Origin: Alphaproteobacteria bacterium
GTDB lineage: Bacteria > Pseudomonadota > Alphaproteobacteria > UBA828
Reading direction: 5' to 3'
Length of the DNA stretch: 64,000 bases
Assembly: GCA_965214705.1 (NCBI GenBank)
Contig: CBDCCI010000002.1
Location: 704,001-768,000, forward strand
The notes below the pieces were generated by a model. The model did no database searches. It was not told where the DNA came from and saw only the letters and a program-made list of their open reading frames with translations. Shown piece after piece: positions 19,659 to 29,690 of the stretch (its first letter is position 1; every line of letters begins with the position of its first letter). The position numbers and the translations under genes were made by a program.

Positions 19659-20915
19659 TCAGACGACGCGAGCCGGTAGTTCTAGTTCGTGGTTGCCAAC
19701 CTCATTCCTGTACTTCTGGAGCAACTCGGCCTCGGCACGCTCCGATCGGTCCAGCATGTACAAAAGCAATTCAAGGAGAGTGCGCCTCGCGAAACGACGA
19801 ATCGTGCGGGTGGCCGGGTTCCACATCAATCCGGAATACGGGCTGGAGCCTAAGTCCCTCGGGAGTTTCGCCGTTTCCGCGACCGCGTCGACGAGGCCCA
19901 ATTCGTGCGTGAGGCGCGCGATGATGGTGACAAAAACGATCAGACCGGCGGGACGGAACAGGGCGCTCTCGTTCCGGTACCGGCGGACAACTGACTCGGT
20001 ATCCTCAGCGGAGAAGAAGTCACCCAGTTCGGGGAAGCCCTCGGCGAGCGCCTCGAAGAGTTCCCTCGTATGCCGGTAGTACTTGTTCAGGCGGTCGTCG
20101 TCCGGCCGGGACTTCTTCAGTTTGGCGGCCGAGGTGCGCAAGGGAATGTCGGCCAGCGTGTACCAGGTGAGCAGGATGTCGTAGAGATTGACTATGGTGG
20201 TGAGGCTCGTGACGTTGGACTGCGGCATGTTGCTCGAACCGACGAAGGCGATGCGGTCATCGCCGAACATGTCTGGGTTTTCGTCGATTAGCCAGCGGAC
20301 GGTCAACGCCATCACGTCGTCCTCGTCGAGCGCGATGACATCGAACTTGGAGACCGGCTTGGCCGTCTTGTTCAGGGTTGTAAATTGACGCCGGGTCCTG
20401 CGCAGGCCTTCGTCCGACTTCTCGTGCGCCACGAACATGACGGGGACCTCGTCAGTCTGAGCATGGGCGCTTAACTCCTCCACGGCGGCCTTGATTCCGG
20501 ACAGTCGGTGCTGGCCGTCGACCGCAAAAAGACTCTCGTCACCACGCAGGGTGAGGAAGCCGACGGATAGCATGGTGTCAGGAGACAGGGACTCGAGTTC
20601 GTCCGGGGTCCCCTTTTTCTGGACGTTGGTGAGAGGATGCCAGTTGGGCTGGCCGCCGTAGGTGGCGACGACGAGCGCATTGAAGAGGCGGTCCGGTTGC
20701 GTCGTGAGATAGTCGGCAATCTCCCTGGCCCGCTTGTCCTTCAGCTGGCGTTGGATCATCTCGGACAGCCGTTCGCTCTTGTGAAGCTCATCGGCGTAAT
20801 CAACCCGGCTTGCCAGGGTCGGCAAGTCGACTAGGCAGCAGTAGTAGACCCAGTCGCCCATCATGCCGCGGAGGGCGGGGAGCACGATCGAACCGGAAGT
20901 GCTCTCGTCGGTCAC
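19659..20915 (-). CDS. DGQHR domain protein (DndB-like)
   Basis: FAVDGQHRLSGI, QRQL...RAREIADYL, RRQFTTLNK.AKPV. Confidence 0.88.
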   Translation of the reverse strand: MTDESTSGSIVLPALRGMMGDWVYYCCLVDLPTLASRVDYADELHKSERLSEMIQRQLKDKRAREIADYLTTQPDRLFNALVVATYGGQPNWHPLTNVQKKGTPDELESLSPDTMLSVGFLTLRGDESLFAVDGQHRLSGIKAAVEELSAHAQTDEVPVMFVAHEKSDEGLRRTRRQFTTLNKTAKPVSKFDVIALDEDDVMALTVRWLIDENPDMFGDDRIAFVGSSNMPQSNVTSLTTIVNLYDILLTWYTLADIPLRTSAAKLKKSRPDDDRLNKYYRHTRELFEALAEGFPELGDFFSAEDTESVVRRYRNESALFRPAGLIVFVTIIARLTHELGLVDAVAETAKLPRDLGSSPYSGLMWNPATRTIRRFARRTLLELLLYMLDRSERAEAELLQKYRNEVGNHELELPARVV

Positions 20916-21478
20916 GAGAACGCCGCCATCATTGCCTTAGTGTCGGCTTCGATGTCGCCCTTGCAGCAAGGGGGGAGAAACGCGGTGATCAAACGCTGTT
21001 CCATGGCCTCGAGTTCCGCCGTGGTGACCTTGTCGTCGACGGGTGCGAAATGGAATCGCAGGATAGGGTGCCAATTGACGATCATCCACCCTAGTGCCGG
21101 TCGACGTCCCACTTCGCTCGGTTTGAAATAGTCCTGGTATCGGGCGCGCAGCGATCGGCGGGAATGGCGGCCGGCGATGCCGATGTACATGATGTAACCG
21201 TGCGGCGGCAGGAATGTGCGCTGGTCGGCGATGATGAAGGCGTATAGCCCTCGCTGATCGTTGGGAACATGCTGGATCTCGTTCTTGTCGAACCTGATGG
21301 AGTTCCAATGGAAAGGGTTCTCGGAAGGTTCAAGGGCGAGGATGGCGTCGGTGTTCAGGATAAATTTGATCTCGTACGCCCGAATTTCGGCCAGAGCGAC
21401 GTCCCTCTGTCGCGCAAGAGTCTCCATGTTCAGGGAGCCCAGGTCGGCTGGAGTGTCGGCGGACGGTGTGGACGGCAT
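20912..21478 (-). CDS. GIY-YIG-like nuclease domain protein
   Basis: GLYAF...MYIGIA...LRARYQDY...EQRLI..F.PPC. Stop overlaps the DGQHR start. Start uncertain. Confidence 0.65.
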   Translation of the reverse strand: MPSTPSADTPADLGSLNMETLARQRDVALAEIRAYEIKFILNTDAILALEPSENPFHWNSIRFDKNEIQHVPNDQRGLYAFIIADQRTFLPPHGYIMYIGIAGRHSRRSLRARYQDYFKPSEVGRRPALGWMIVNWHPILRFHFAPVDDKVTTAELEAMEQRLITAFLPPCCKGDIEADTKAMMAAFS

Positions 21479-23340
21479 AGGCGGGTGTACATCATTCTGC
21501 GGAGTGGGGCCGGGGGGAGGAGCGGACGCGCGACCCGCGCCGAAACGCGGGCTTCGGAGGAAGACCAGGACGACCATGCTCCTCCCGAGAGAGGATCAAT
21601 ATTTGTCCCGGTTCCGTCAAGATACCGTGCTCGCCCGCCCGTGTGCCCGACATCTCACAATCGCAGACCGGGCTCCGCAGGCCCCTCGGTGATTGCTGCA
21701 CCCTCCCTGCGTGCATGAGCAACGGATCAAGGTGTTGCCACTTCCAAGACGCGGGCTCAATGATTCGGGCGAGCACTCAACACCTTGATCATGGCCGGGC
21801 GTGGTTGACCGGCCGCTTGGTGCCAAGAATTCCCGGTGCTGCCCGTTGTCGCACTACAGCCATCCCCGCGCGCGGAATGCGTTGAGATCCACGCCGGGCG
21901 GCGCGTACCAGCCATCCGCCCCGTACCGGGCGCCCATGCTGTACGCCACTTCCTTGTTTCCGTAGGGAATCCGAAGCGGTGTTGGCGAACCCGCACTCGT
22001 CAGTGCCGTTTCGACCGGAGCTTTCGTCCGGACACGCTCCGGCCCGGACGTCCCACGCGAAGCTGTCGCTTTCTGCCTCTCCGTGCCCGGCCGGGTCCCC
22101 CCCCGGCTTGCGCGGCTTCCCGCCCCGTGACGCAGAACCGGCCGTCCCGCCGCCCGAATTCCTTCCCTCCCCCTGCCCGGAGTTCCGCCTCGGGGCATGC
22201 TCATCGAGGAACGCCCGGCAGATCGTGGCGGACTTCGTATAGCCCCTGGGCGGCTTGATCCCCTTGCTCTTCGCGATCGACGCGGCGAACTTCCGCATCT
22301 TCGCCGTCGGCGGCCGGTCCCCGCCGCGGCCATCGGCTTCGCCGAGGATCACGTCTTCTCCATCCGCGCTGCGCTCCCCGAGCCGGCCGATGATGCGCCG
22401 GGCCGAATCGCATACCGCGTCGATCGCCCCCGTCATCTCCTGCCGGCCGGTCAGCACGTCGTCCAGCAGGCACTCGAGCTCCGCCGTCACGCCCGGGTCC
22501 ACCAGCGCGGGATCGGCACGCTTCAGCACGCCGAACAGCGCGAGGCCCCGGTCCGTCGGCACGATGTTCTTGCCCTGCGCCGTCAGGAACCCCTGCTTCT
22601 TCAGGCCCGAGATGATCTCCGCCCGCGTCGCCGGCGTGCCGATCCCCTTGGCCTCCCGCAGCCGCTCGCGGAGCGCCTCGTCCTCGACGAAGCGCCATGC
22701 GTTCTGCATCGCCTCGATCAGCGTGCCTTCCCGGTAGCGCGGCGGCGGACGCGTCTCCTTGTCCTCGATCCCGGGATCGCTGAGCCGCGCGGTCTCGCCA
22801 TCCCGCAACGACGGCAGCGCCTGCGCCGCCTCGCCCTTCTCCTCGTCGGGCCTCCAGTCCGGAAAGGCGCCGCGCCAGCCGGCCTCGATGGGCTGGCGGC
22901 CGGTCGCCCGGAACTCGAATCCCCGCACGTCCAGCGTCACCGTGGTCTGGCGGTAGCGGTAGTCCGGCATGACCGAGGCCAGGTAGGACCGCGCGACCGC
23001 ATCGAACAGCTTCTTCTCGTCCGCCGTGAGACGAGGCCAGACCTCGCGCAGGTCGCCGATCCTGTTCACGTTGGGGACGATCGCGTGATGGCTCGCGCCC
23101 TCCAGCCCCTTGAACGAAGCCGCTACGCGGAGTTAGCGGCGTAGAGTTCATTCATTTCCGAGGCGTCGCGGGTGCCGTTTGTTCTGTGCGTTCGCTTCCC
23201 GGTTGCGTCAGTGGCGCTCCGCCCGTCGGGTGGCGGATCCCCAGCAGCCTCCCGATCACCAGTGGTTAGCATCGACCCCTGCGACGGACCGTCGCCGGAT
23301 CGGTCCGGCGGCGCGCCGTCGCGATCCAGGGAGATCGATA

Positions 23341-24219
23341 ATGACCGGGACCGCGTGCGACACGAACACCGTCACCCCTCTTCGCCAGCGCATGGAGGAG
23401 CAGCTCCGCATCGCCAATCTGGCCGCGAGCACGTCCAAGGCCTACATCTGCGAGATCAAGAACCTGGCCAGGTACTACGACGCCTCGCCGGACGAGCTCG
23501 ACGCCGAGCAGGTGCGCCAGTGGTACCTGGGGCGGATCGACAAGGGGCTCAGTCCGGGCACGACCAACGTCTCCTTCGCCGCGCTGAACTTCCTCTACAT
23601 CGACACACTCGGCTGGCCTGACCATGTCGCCGGCCTGCGCTCCCGCAAGAAGCCCGGCAAGCTGCCGCGCTACATGTCGGAGCAGGAGGTCGAGCACCTC
23701 ATCCTTGCGACACCCGACCTCCGCCACCGTGCTGCCATTGTCACCGGCTATGGCGGCGGGCTCCGCATCTCCGAGACCTTGGCCATCAAGGTCGGCGACA
23801 TCCTGTCGGAGAAGAAGCTGCTGCACATCCCCTCCGGCAAAGGCGGCACCGAGAGAATGGCACCGTTGCCGGACATCGTCATCCACTACTTGCGCGTCTA
23901 CTACAGGAACATCTGGCCGCGTCCGACGAACTGGCTCTTCTACGGCGTCTCGCTCGACAGGCCCATCGCAACGGAGACCTTGCAGGCCGCCTTCAGGAGG
24001 GCGCGCGACATTGCCGAGCTCGACCGCAGCTACACCTTCCATTGCCTGCGCCATTCGGCGGCGACCCATCTCCTCGAGCGCGGCGGCGATATCGAGGTGA
24101 TCCGGGACATGCTCGGCCATCGAAGCGCGAACACGACCCGTCACTACGCCCGCGTCACCGGCAAGATGTTCGAGGGCCTCGACCACCCGATCTCAGGCTT
24201 CGCAGCGTTGCGCAACTGA
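23341..24219 (+). CDS. Tyrosine recombinase (phage integrase family)
   Basis: TPLRQRM, GLRISE, GKGG.ER, HCLRHSAATHLLE, LGH....T..Y. Confidence 0.92.
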   Translation: MTGTACDTNTVTPLRQRMEEQLRIANLAASTSKAYICEIKNLARYYDASPDELDAEQVRQWYLGRIDKGLSPGTTNVSFAALNFLYIDTLGWPDHVAGLRSRKKPGKLPRYMSEQEVEHLILATPDLRHRAAIVTGYGGGLRISETLAIKVGDILSEKKLLHIPSGKGGTERMAPLPDIVIHYLRVYYRNIWPRPTNWLFYGVSLDRPIATETLQAAFRRARDIAELDRSYTFHCLRHSAATHLLERGGDIEVIRDMLGHRSANTTRHYARVTGKMFEGLDHPISGFAALRN

Positions 24220-24225
24220 CGGCGC

Positions 24226-25467
24226 GTGGAGGCCGAACGCGCGGGCGTGGCGGAGATCTTCCGCCGCGCCGGCGCCGCTTTCCGTGAGCGCCACAAAGGG
24301 CGCATCGACGCCGCCCGGCTCAAGGTCATGGGCGCCATCGAGGCGTGCCGCACCGCCGTGCTCGGCGGCCACATGTACGCCTGCGAGGGCTGCGGGCGCG
24401 AGCATCCGCTCTTCAACTCCTGCCGCAACCGCCACTGCCCCACCTGCCAGGGTCTCGCCGCCAACCTCTGGAGCGAGGAGCGCGCCGGGGACATCCTGCC
24501 GGTGCCCTACTTCCATGTGGTCTTCACCCTGCCCAAGGAGGTTGCCGCCATTGCCTTCTGCAACCGCAGGGTGGTGTTCGACATCCTCTTCCGGGCCGTC
24601 GCCGAGACCCTGCGCACCATCGCCGCCGATCCCCGCCACGGCGGCATGCGCATCGGCGGCACCGCGGTCCTCCATACCTGGGATCAGAAGCTCCGCTTCC
24701 ACCCGCACCTGCACGTGGTCGTGCCCAACGCGGGCTTCGACGTAGACAGTGGCGAGTGGAAGACGGGGAGCACCACCTTCCTCGCCCCCGTCAAGGTCCT
24801 CGGCAGCCTGTTCCGCCGCCTCTTCCTCGAGGAGCTCGCCCGCGCCCACGGCCGGGGGGACCTGGAGTTCCACGGCACCGTCGCCCACCTCGCCAATCCC
24901 GGCGAGTTCCACGCCACGCTTGCCGCCGCCCGGGCCAGGGACTGGGTGGTCTACGCCAAGCGGCCCTTCCGCGGGCCTGAGCAGGTCTTCCGGTACCTCT
25001 CGCACTACACGCACAGGATCGCCATCTCCGACAGCCGCATCGTCTCCTTCGACGGCGAGACGGTCTCCTTCCGCCACCGAAAGCCCAAGGCGCCGGGGCA
25101 GAGAAAGCCGCGCTACGGCATCGCCACCGTGAGCGCCGACGAGTTCATCCGCCGCTTCCTGAGGCACGTCCTGCCGGACGGCATGCACCGCATTCGCTAC
25201 TTCGGCATCCTCGCCAACGGCTGCCGCGCCAGCACGCTGGAGAGAGCACGCCAGGCTCTCGGCGCCCTCGGCTGCGCCGCCCCCGAGGGAAGCGTGGACG
25301 GCGCTCGGGCCGAGCCCGACGAAGAGCCCGAGATCGGCACCGCGCCCGTGGCCTGCCCCCACTGCGGCGGCGTCATGCGCCTCGTCCGCGAAATCCGCCG
25401 CCGCCATGAGCCCCGCTCGACGCGCGGCCCGCCGGCGCTGCCGCCGACCCACAGGGGGAAACCGTGA
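24226..25467 (+). CDS. IS91-family transposase (Zn-binding + Y2 HUH)
   Basis: SCRNRHCPTC, YFHVVFTLP, HPHLH, YLSHY, RIRYFG. Confidence 0.93.
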   Translation: MEAERAGVAEIFRRAGAAFRERHKGRIDAARLKVMGAIEACRTAVLGGHMYACEGCGREHPLFNSCRNRHCPTCQGLAANLWSEERAGDILPVPYFHVVFTLPKEVAAIAFCNRRVVFDILFRAVAETLRTIAADPRHGGMRIGGTAVLHTWDQKLRFHPHLHVVVPNAGFDVDSGEWKTGSTTFLAPVKVLGSLFRRLFLEELARAHGRGDLEFHGTVAHLANPGEFHATLAAARARDWVVYAKRPFRGPEQVFRYLSHYTHRIAISDSRIVSFDGETVSFRHRKPKAPGQRKPRYGIATVSADEFIRRFLRHVLPDGMHRIRYFGILANGCRASTLERARQALGALGCAAPEGSVDGARAEPDEEPEIGTAPVACPHCGGVMRLVREIRRRHEPRSTRGPPALPPTHRGKP

Positions 25468-25729
25468 GACGCCCGCTCGCTTCGGCCCCGCGCAACGGCG
25501 CCAAAGCGCCGACGCACGACCGAACCTGTCTCCGCTTGAGCCGGGCTGACAGCCCTCGGCTCACACCCCGCTCAGTCCTCGCAGCGTGCGCCCGCATGCC
25601 TGCCGAAAGACCGGCGCGAGCGTCGATTTTATGCGCAACTCTGCTGCCGGTGGATGCCGCCTGACGCTGACATCAGCGCACTTTCCACATAGCTCAACTT
25701 CGCCTCTCGTGGCCCGCGGCTTCGTTCAA

Positions 25730-25771
25730 AAGGGTTGGGCAGGCTCTCGAGAGAGAGCCTGCCCAACCCTT
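25730..25771. repeat. Perfect 19-bp-stem hairpin at the IS91-type element end
   Basis: AAGGGTTGGGCAGGCTCTC-GAGA-GAGAGCCTGCCCAACCCTT. Confidence 0.9.
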
Positions 25772-26835
25772 AACCTTGTCGTGGAAGACGCCGTTCCGAC
25801 CCTTGCGGATCGCCGGCGGCGACGGCACCGGGATATCCGCGTAAGCCCGGCCTGCCCGCAGCCCCGCGACGATCTTCGGCACGTCCGCGGCGGCGCTCTC
25901 CGGCAGGTAGCGCACCTCGGCGCGGGGGTAGGTCAGGATCTTCTTGCCCTCCCCGTCGTAGAGCTCCTGCGCCACCTCCAGCGTCTTCGACGCCGACCAG
26001 CCGAAGCGCGAGCTGCACAGCTTCTGTAGCGACGGCAGGTCGTGCAGACGCGGCGGACGCTGGCGCTTGTCCTCCACCCGCACGCCGAGCGGTCCCTCGA
26101 ATTCCCGCGCCGCCTCGGCGACCGCCTCCGCCCTGCCGCGCTCGACGATGCGCTCCTTCGGCGCGTGCCGCATCCTGAACGCGCCGCCTTCGGCGTGCGC
26201 GGCCGCCACCACCTCGAAATACCCCGCCGGCACGAAGTCCCGGATCTCCAGCTCCCGCCGGCAGGCGATCGCCAGCGTCGGCGTCTTGACCCGGCCGATC
26301 CCGATCACGCCCCGGGAGCCCCGGCCCAGCGTCACCGTCGCGGTGCGAGTGAGCGACAGGTTATAGATCTGGTCCGCCTGCCGGCGTGCCACCGCCGCCT
26401 CGTAGAGCCAGGCGTGCTCGCCGTTCGGCCGGGCGCGCCGGAACGCCGCGCCGATGGTCTCCGCGTCCTGCGCCGTGAACAGCACCCGCAGCACCTCGCC
26501 CCGGTAGCGACAGTGCTCCAGGATCTCCTGTCCGATCAGCTGCCCCTCGCGGTCGCAGTCGGTGGCGAGCCATACCCGGTCGGCCGTCTTCAGCGCGGCC
26601 CGGATCGCCTTCAGCTTCGCTGCCTTGTTGCCGCCGGTGGCAGGCTTGGTGCCGTAGAGCCCGTCCGGCTTTAGCAATGCCGTCGACCAGCGCTTCCAGG
26701 CCGGGTTCACGTCCTCGGGCTCACACAGGTCCAGCAGGTGGCCCTCCGCCGCAAGCACCGTGCCGTAGCGCGAGCCCACGGCGGCCCGCACGTCCTTCGC
26801 CTGGCTCGCCTTCTCGGTGATGACGATCTGGCGCG

Positions 26836-28815
26836 TCACGGCGCGCCCTCATGCGAGACCCCGCCGTCATCCCCCTCTGTCGCCGCGGCCGCGATGGCGG
26901 CCAGGAACGGCGCGGCGAACTCCTTCAGCTTGGCCGCGCCCACGCCGTTCACCTCGGCGAACTCCGCCTCGGTGCGCGGCCGCCGGCGCACCATGTCGAT
27001 CAATGTCCGGTCCGGGAACACGATATAGGCCGGCACGCCGCGCTCCCGCGCGATCTCCAGCCGAAGCACCTTGAGGGCGCCCAGCAGCGCCGTGTCCTCG
27101 CCGGCCAGGGCCGGCTCCCCGGCATCGCCCCGGGCCGCGCCGGAGGCCCGGGCCTTCGCGGGTCCGTGCGCGATGACCGTGTCCTCGCGGTAGAGGAATT
27201 CGCCGTCGCCGCGCAGCAGGCCCAGCCCCTTCTCCGTGATTCCGATCCCCCCGTAGCCCCCGATATCGATCCGCAGGAACCCCGTCGCCACCATCTGGCG
27301 GATCAGCGAGCGCCACTCGTTCTTGCCGCGCTCCGCGCCCACCCCGAAGGTCGGTATCCGGTCGTGGCCGAAACGCGCGATCTTGTCCGTCCCGGTCCCC
27401 CGCAGGATGTCGATCAGGTGCGCGGCCCCGAAGCGCTGACCCGACCGGTAGGCGGCCGAAAGGATCTTCCGCGCATCCTCGGTCCCGTCGATCCGCTCCG
27501 ACGGATCGAGGCAGACGTCGCAGTTGCCGCACGGCTCGATCCCCTCCCCGAAATACTCCAGCAGCGCCACACGCCGGCAGGCCGGCGCCTCGCAGTAGCC
27601 CAGCAGCGCATCGAGGCGCTTGTGCTCCCGGCGCTTGCGCTCCGGCCCCGCGTCCTCGTCCTCGATGAACTGCCGGCGCATCCGGATGTCCTCAAGGCCG
27701 TACAGCATGTGCGCCTCGGCCGGGGCGCCGTCGCGGCCCGCGCGGCCGATCTCCTGGTAGTAGGCCTCGACGCTGCCCGGCAGATCGGTGTGGAAGACGT
27801 AGCGCACGTCGGCCTTGTCGATCCCCATGCCGAAGGCGATGGTAGCGACGATCACCACGCCCGGCTTCGTCATGAATATGTTCTGGTGCGCCTCCCGCTC
27901 CTCCTTCTCCATGCCCGCGTGGTAGGGCAGCGCGCGCACCCCATTTGCCGCCAGCATGGCGGCGGTCTCCTCGGTCTTGCGGCGCGACAGGCAGTAGACG
28001 ATGCCGCTCTCGCCTTCGTGGCGTGCGATGAAGCTCCCGATCTGGCGCTTCCAGTCGCGCTTCATCTCCACCGCGAGCCTGATGTTGGGACGGTCGAAGC
28101 CGAGCACGAACTGCTCGGCCCGTCCGCCGAAGAGCTTGTCCACGATGTCGTTCCGCGTCACCTCGTCGGCGGTCGCCGTCAGCGCTGCGATGGGGACGCC
28201 GGGGAAGAGCTCGCGCAGCCGGCAGAGGTCCGCGTATTCCGGGCGGAAGGCCGGGCCCCACTGCGAGATGCAGTGGGCCTCGTCGATGGCGAAGAGCGTG
28301 ACCGGCAGACGGGCGAGCGCCGCCAGCATGCGCTCCGTCATCAGCCGCTCGGGAGCCATGTAGAGAAGCTGCGTCCGGCCCTCGGCCGCCCGGCGCCAAG
28401 CCGCGATGTTGGCGCCCCTGTCGTTCGCGGAGTTGATGCAGTCGGCAGCAACGCCCGCCAACCTGAGCGCGGACACCTGGTCCTGCATCAGCGCGATCAG
28501 GGGGGACACCACCACCGTGAGCCCGTCCATGACCAGGGCGGGGATCTGGAAGCAGAGGGACTTGCCCGAGCCCGTCGGCATCACGGTGAGCGCATGGCGG
28601 CCGTCGAGGAGCGCTTCGATCACGGCCTCCTGGCCGGGGCGGAACCCCTCGAAGCCGAAAACCTCCCGCAGCGCCCCGCGTGCCGCGCTCAACGGACCGC
28701 CTGCCGTGCCCGGCGGCCGCGCGGGCGCCCCTGATGACGACTCTGTCGGGCGGCTGGACGGTCCCGGCGGTTCGCTCCCTTCGAGCGTTTCAGGCCGCCG
28801 GTACTCCCTCTCCAT
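26836..28815 (-). CDS. recQ: ATP-dependent DNA helicase RecQ
   Basis: MPTGSGKS, DEAHCISQWG, YYQEIGRAGRDG, RQC cysteines, C-terminal HRDC. True start may be downstream. Confidence 0.95.
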   Translation of the reverse strand: MEREYRRPETLEGSEPPGPSSRPTESSSGAPARPPGTAGGPLSAARGALREVFGFEGFRPGQEAVIEALLDGRHALTVMPTGSGKSLCFQIPALVMDGLTVVVSPLIALMQDQVSALRLAGVAADCINSANDRGANIAAWRRAAEGRTQLLYMAPERLMTERMLAALARLPVTLFAIDEAHCISQWGPAFRPEYADLCRLRELFPGVPIAALTATADEVTRNDIVDKLFGGRAEQFVLGFDRPNIRLAVEMKRDWKRQIGSFIARHEGESGIVYCLSRRKTEETAAMLAANGVRALPYHAGMEKEEREAHQNIFMTKPGVVIVATIAFGMGIDKADVRYVFHTDLPGSVEAYYQEIGRAGRDGAPAEAHMLYGLEDIRMRRQFIEDEDAGPERKRREHKRLDALLGYCEAPACRRVALLEYFGEGIEPCGNCDVCLDPSERIDGTEDARKILSAAYRSGQRFGAAHLIDILRGTGTDKIARFGHDRIPTFGVGAERGKNEWRSLIRQMVATGFLRIDIGGYGGIGITEKGLGLLRGDGEFLYREDTVIAHGPAKARASGAARGDAGEPALAGEDTALLGALKVLRLEIARERGVPAYIVFPDRTLIDMVRRRPRTEAEFAEVNGVGAAKLKEFAAPFLAAIAAAATEGDDGGVSHEGAP

Positions 28816-29056
28816 CAGCCGCGGACCCGGCAGCGGCCCGGCACGCCGTCGCCGCCGAACCGCCCCGTCATCCGCCGTCCGGCGGCCGTTCGCCGCTGGC
28901 CCCGGGCAGTCGAAGCCGGACTTGCGTCATCGTCCGGTTGACCAGGAAATCCCCTATCCACGACCCGGCGAATCATGGAGGACTCGTACCACGAATCGGC
29001 CCGCTCGGGCGATTTCCGAGAGGCCCCGCGGCGATCGCGGACGCGCTTCGAGCGCA

Positions 29057-29329
29057 TCAGGGGTAGAGGACGGCCTCCGCCTTGCGGATCGGCGTGGCGC
29101 AGCGCCCACAGACGTATTCCGCCGTCTCGTCGCCGACCAATGGGCACTCCGCGACCACGACGTCGGCGAGGTCGACGCACTCCGGGCACGCGAGCGCGGG
29201 CGTCGCTCCTTCGCCCGCCCGGCACACGAGCCACGCATCCCAGGCCTGCCTGCCCGCCGTGCGCAGGGCCGCACGCGCCGCATGGGCATCGTGGAAGCGG
29301 CATGAACCGCGGTCGCTGTCGTCGGTCAT
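29057..29329 (-). CDS. Small hypothetical protein with CxxC...CxxC
   Basis: CPEC and CGRC motifs; AGGAG RBS upstream. Confidence 0.5.
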   Translation of the reverse strand: MTDDSDRGSCRFHDAHAARAALRTAGRQAWDAWLVCRAGEGATPALACPECVDLADVVVAECPLVGDETAEYVCGRCATPIRKAEAVLYP

Positions 29330-29690
29330 CGGTCGGGTCTCCTTGACGTGGGCGGCCCCTCCCCGGTGACCCGCATCCGCTGCGGCGTCCTGGGGCTGAA
29401 GCCGAGATAATCGACGGTCCCTTCAGGACCCGGATAGGGGGGACAGGCATCGCTCATGGCGTCTCTCCGGCAAGGGACCGGAGCACAGTCAACCAGCCCG
29501 CGGCCGGCACCGGCAGGGAGATATCGACCCCCCTCCCGAATTCTCCCCCCGGCAACCCGGGATTGCCGACCGGTCGCGTCGTCGCAATCGGGTTGGCCGC
29601 CTATCTCACCCTGCCGTCTTCAACGACCGGGCGCGCCATGGCACGATGCGCGCCTCGTTCCCCACCAACAGCCCCGCCGTCATCCCGAAC

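Larger units (their letters stand above)
23113..25778 (+). mobile_element. IS91-family-like element carrying a tyrosine recombinase and a Y2 rolling-circle transposase
   Basis: Inserted in topB; CCTTG at both junctions (23108-23112, 25774-25778); 14-bp inverted repeat TTGAACGAAGCCGC; large terminal hairpin. Confidence 0.85.
21789..26839 (-). pseudogene. topB: DNA topoisomerase III split by an IS91-type element
   Basis: N-part: ITEK, ATDCDREG, GRVKTPTL, LTYPR. C-part: HHAIVP, KGIGTPATRA. The halves rejoin as VFHDK-GLEGASHHAIVPN. Confidence 0.9.

Noticed and set aside
11787-20915. Calling the locus canonical dndABCDE, sspABCD-E or BREX type 4
   Set aside because: No SMC-like DndD, DndE, SspB/C/E, PglZ or BrxC is recognisable, and the DGQHR gene is on the opposite strand.
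25730-25771. Rho-independent terminator
   Set aside because: It lies at the exact end of the IS91-type element, so it is better explained as an element end structure; a terminator role is not excluded.
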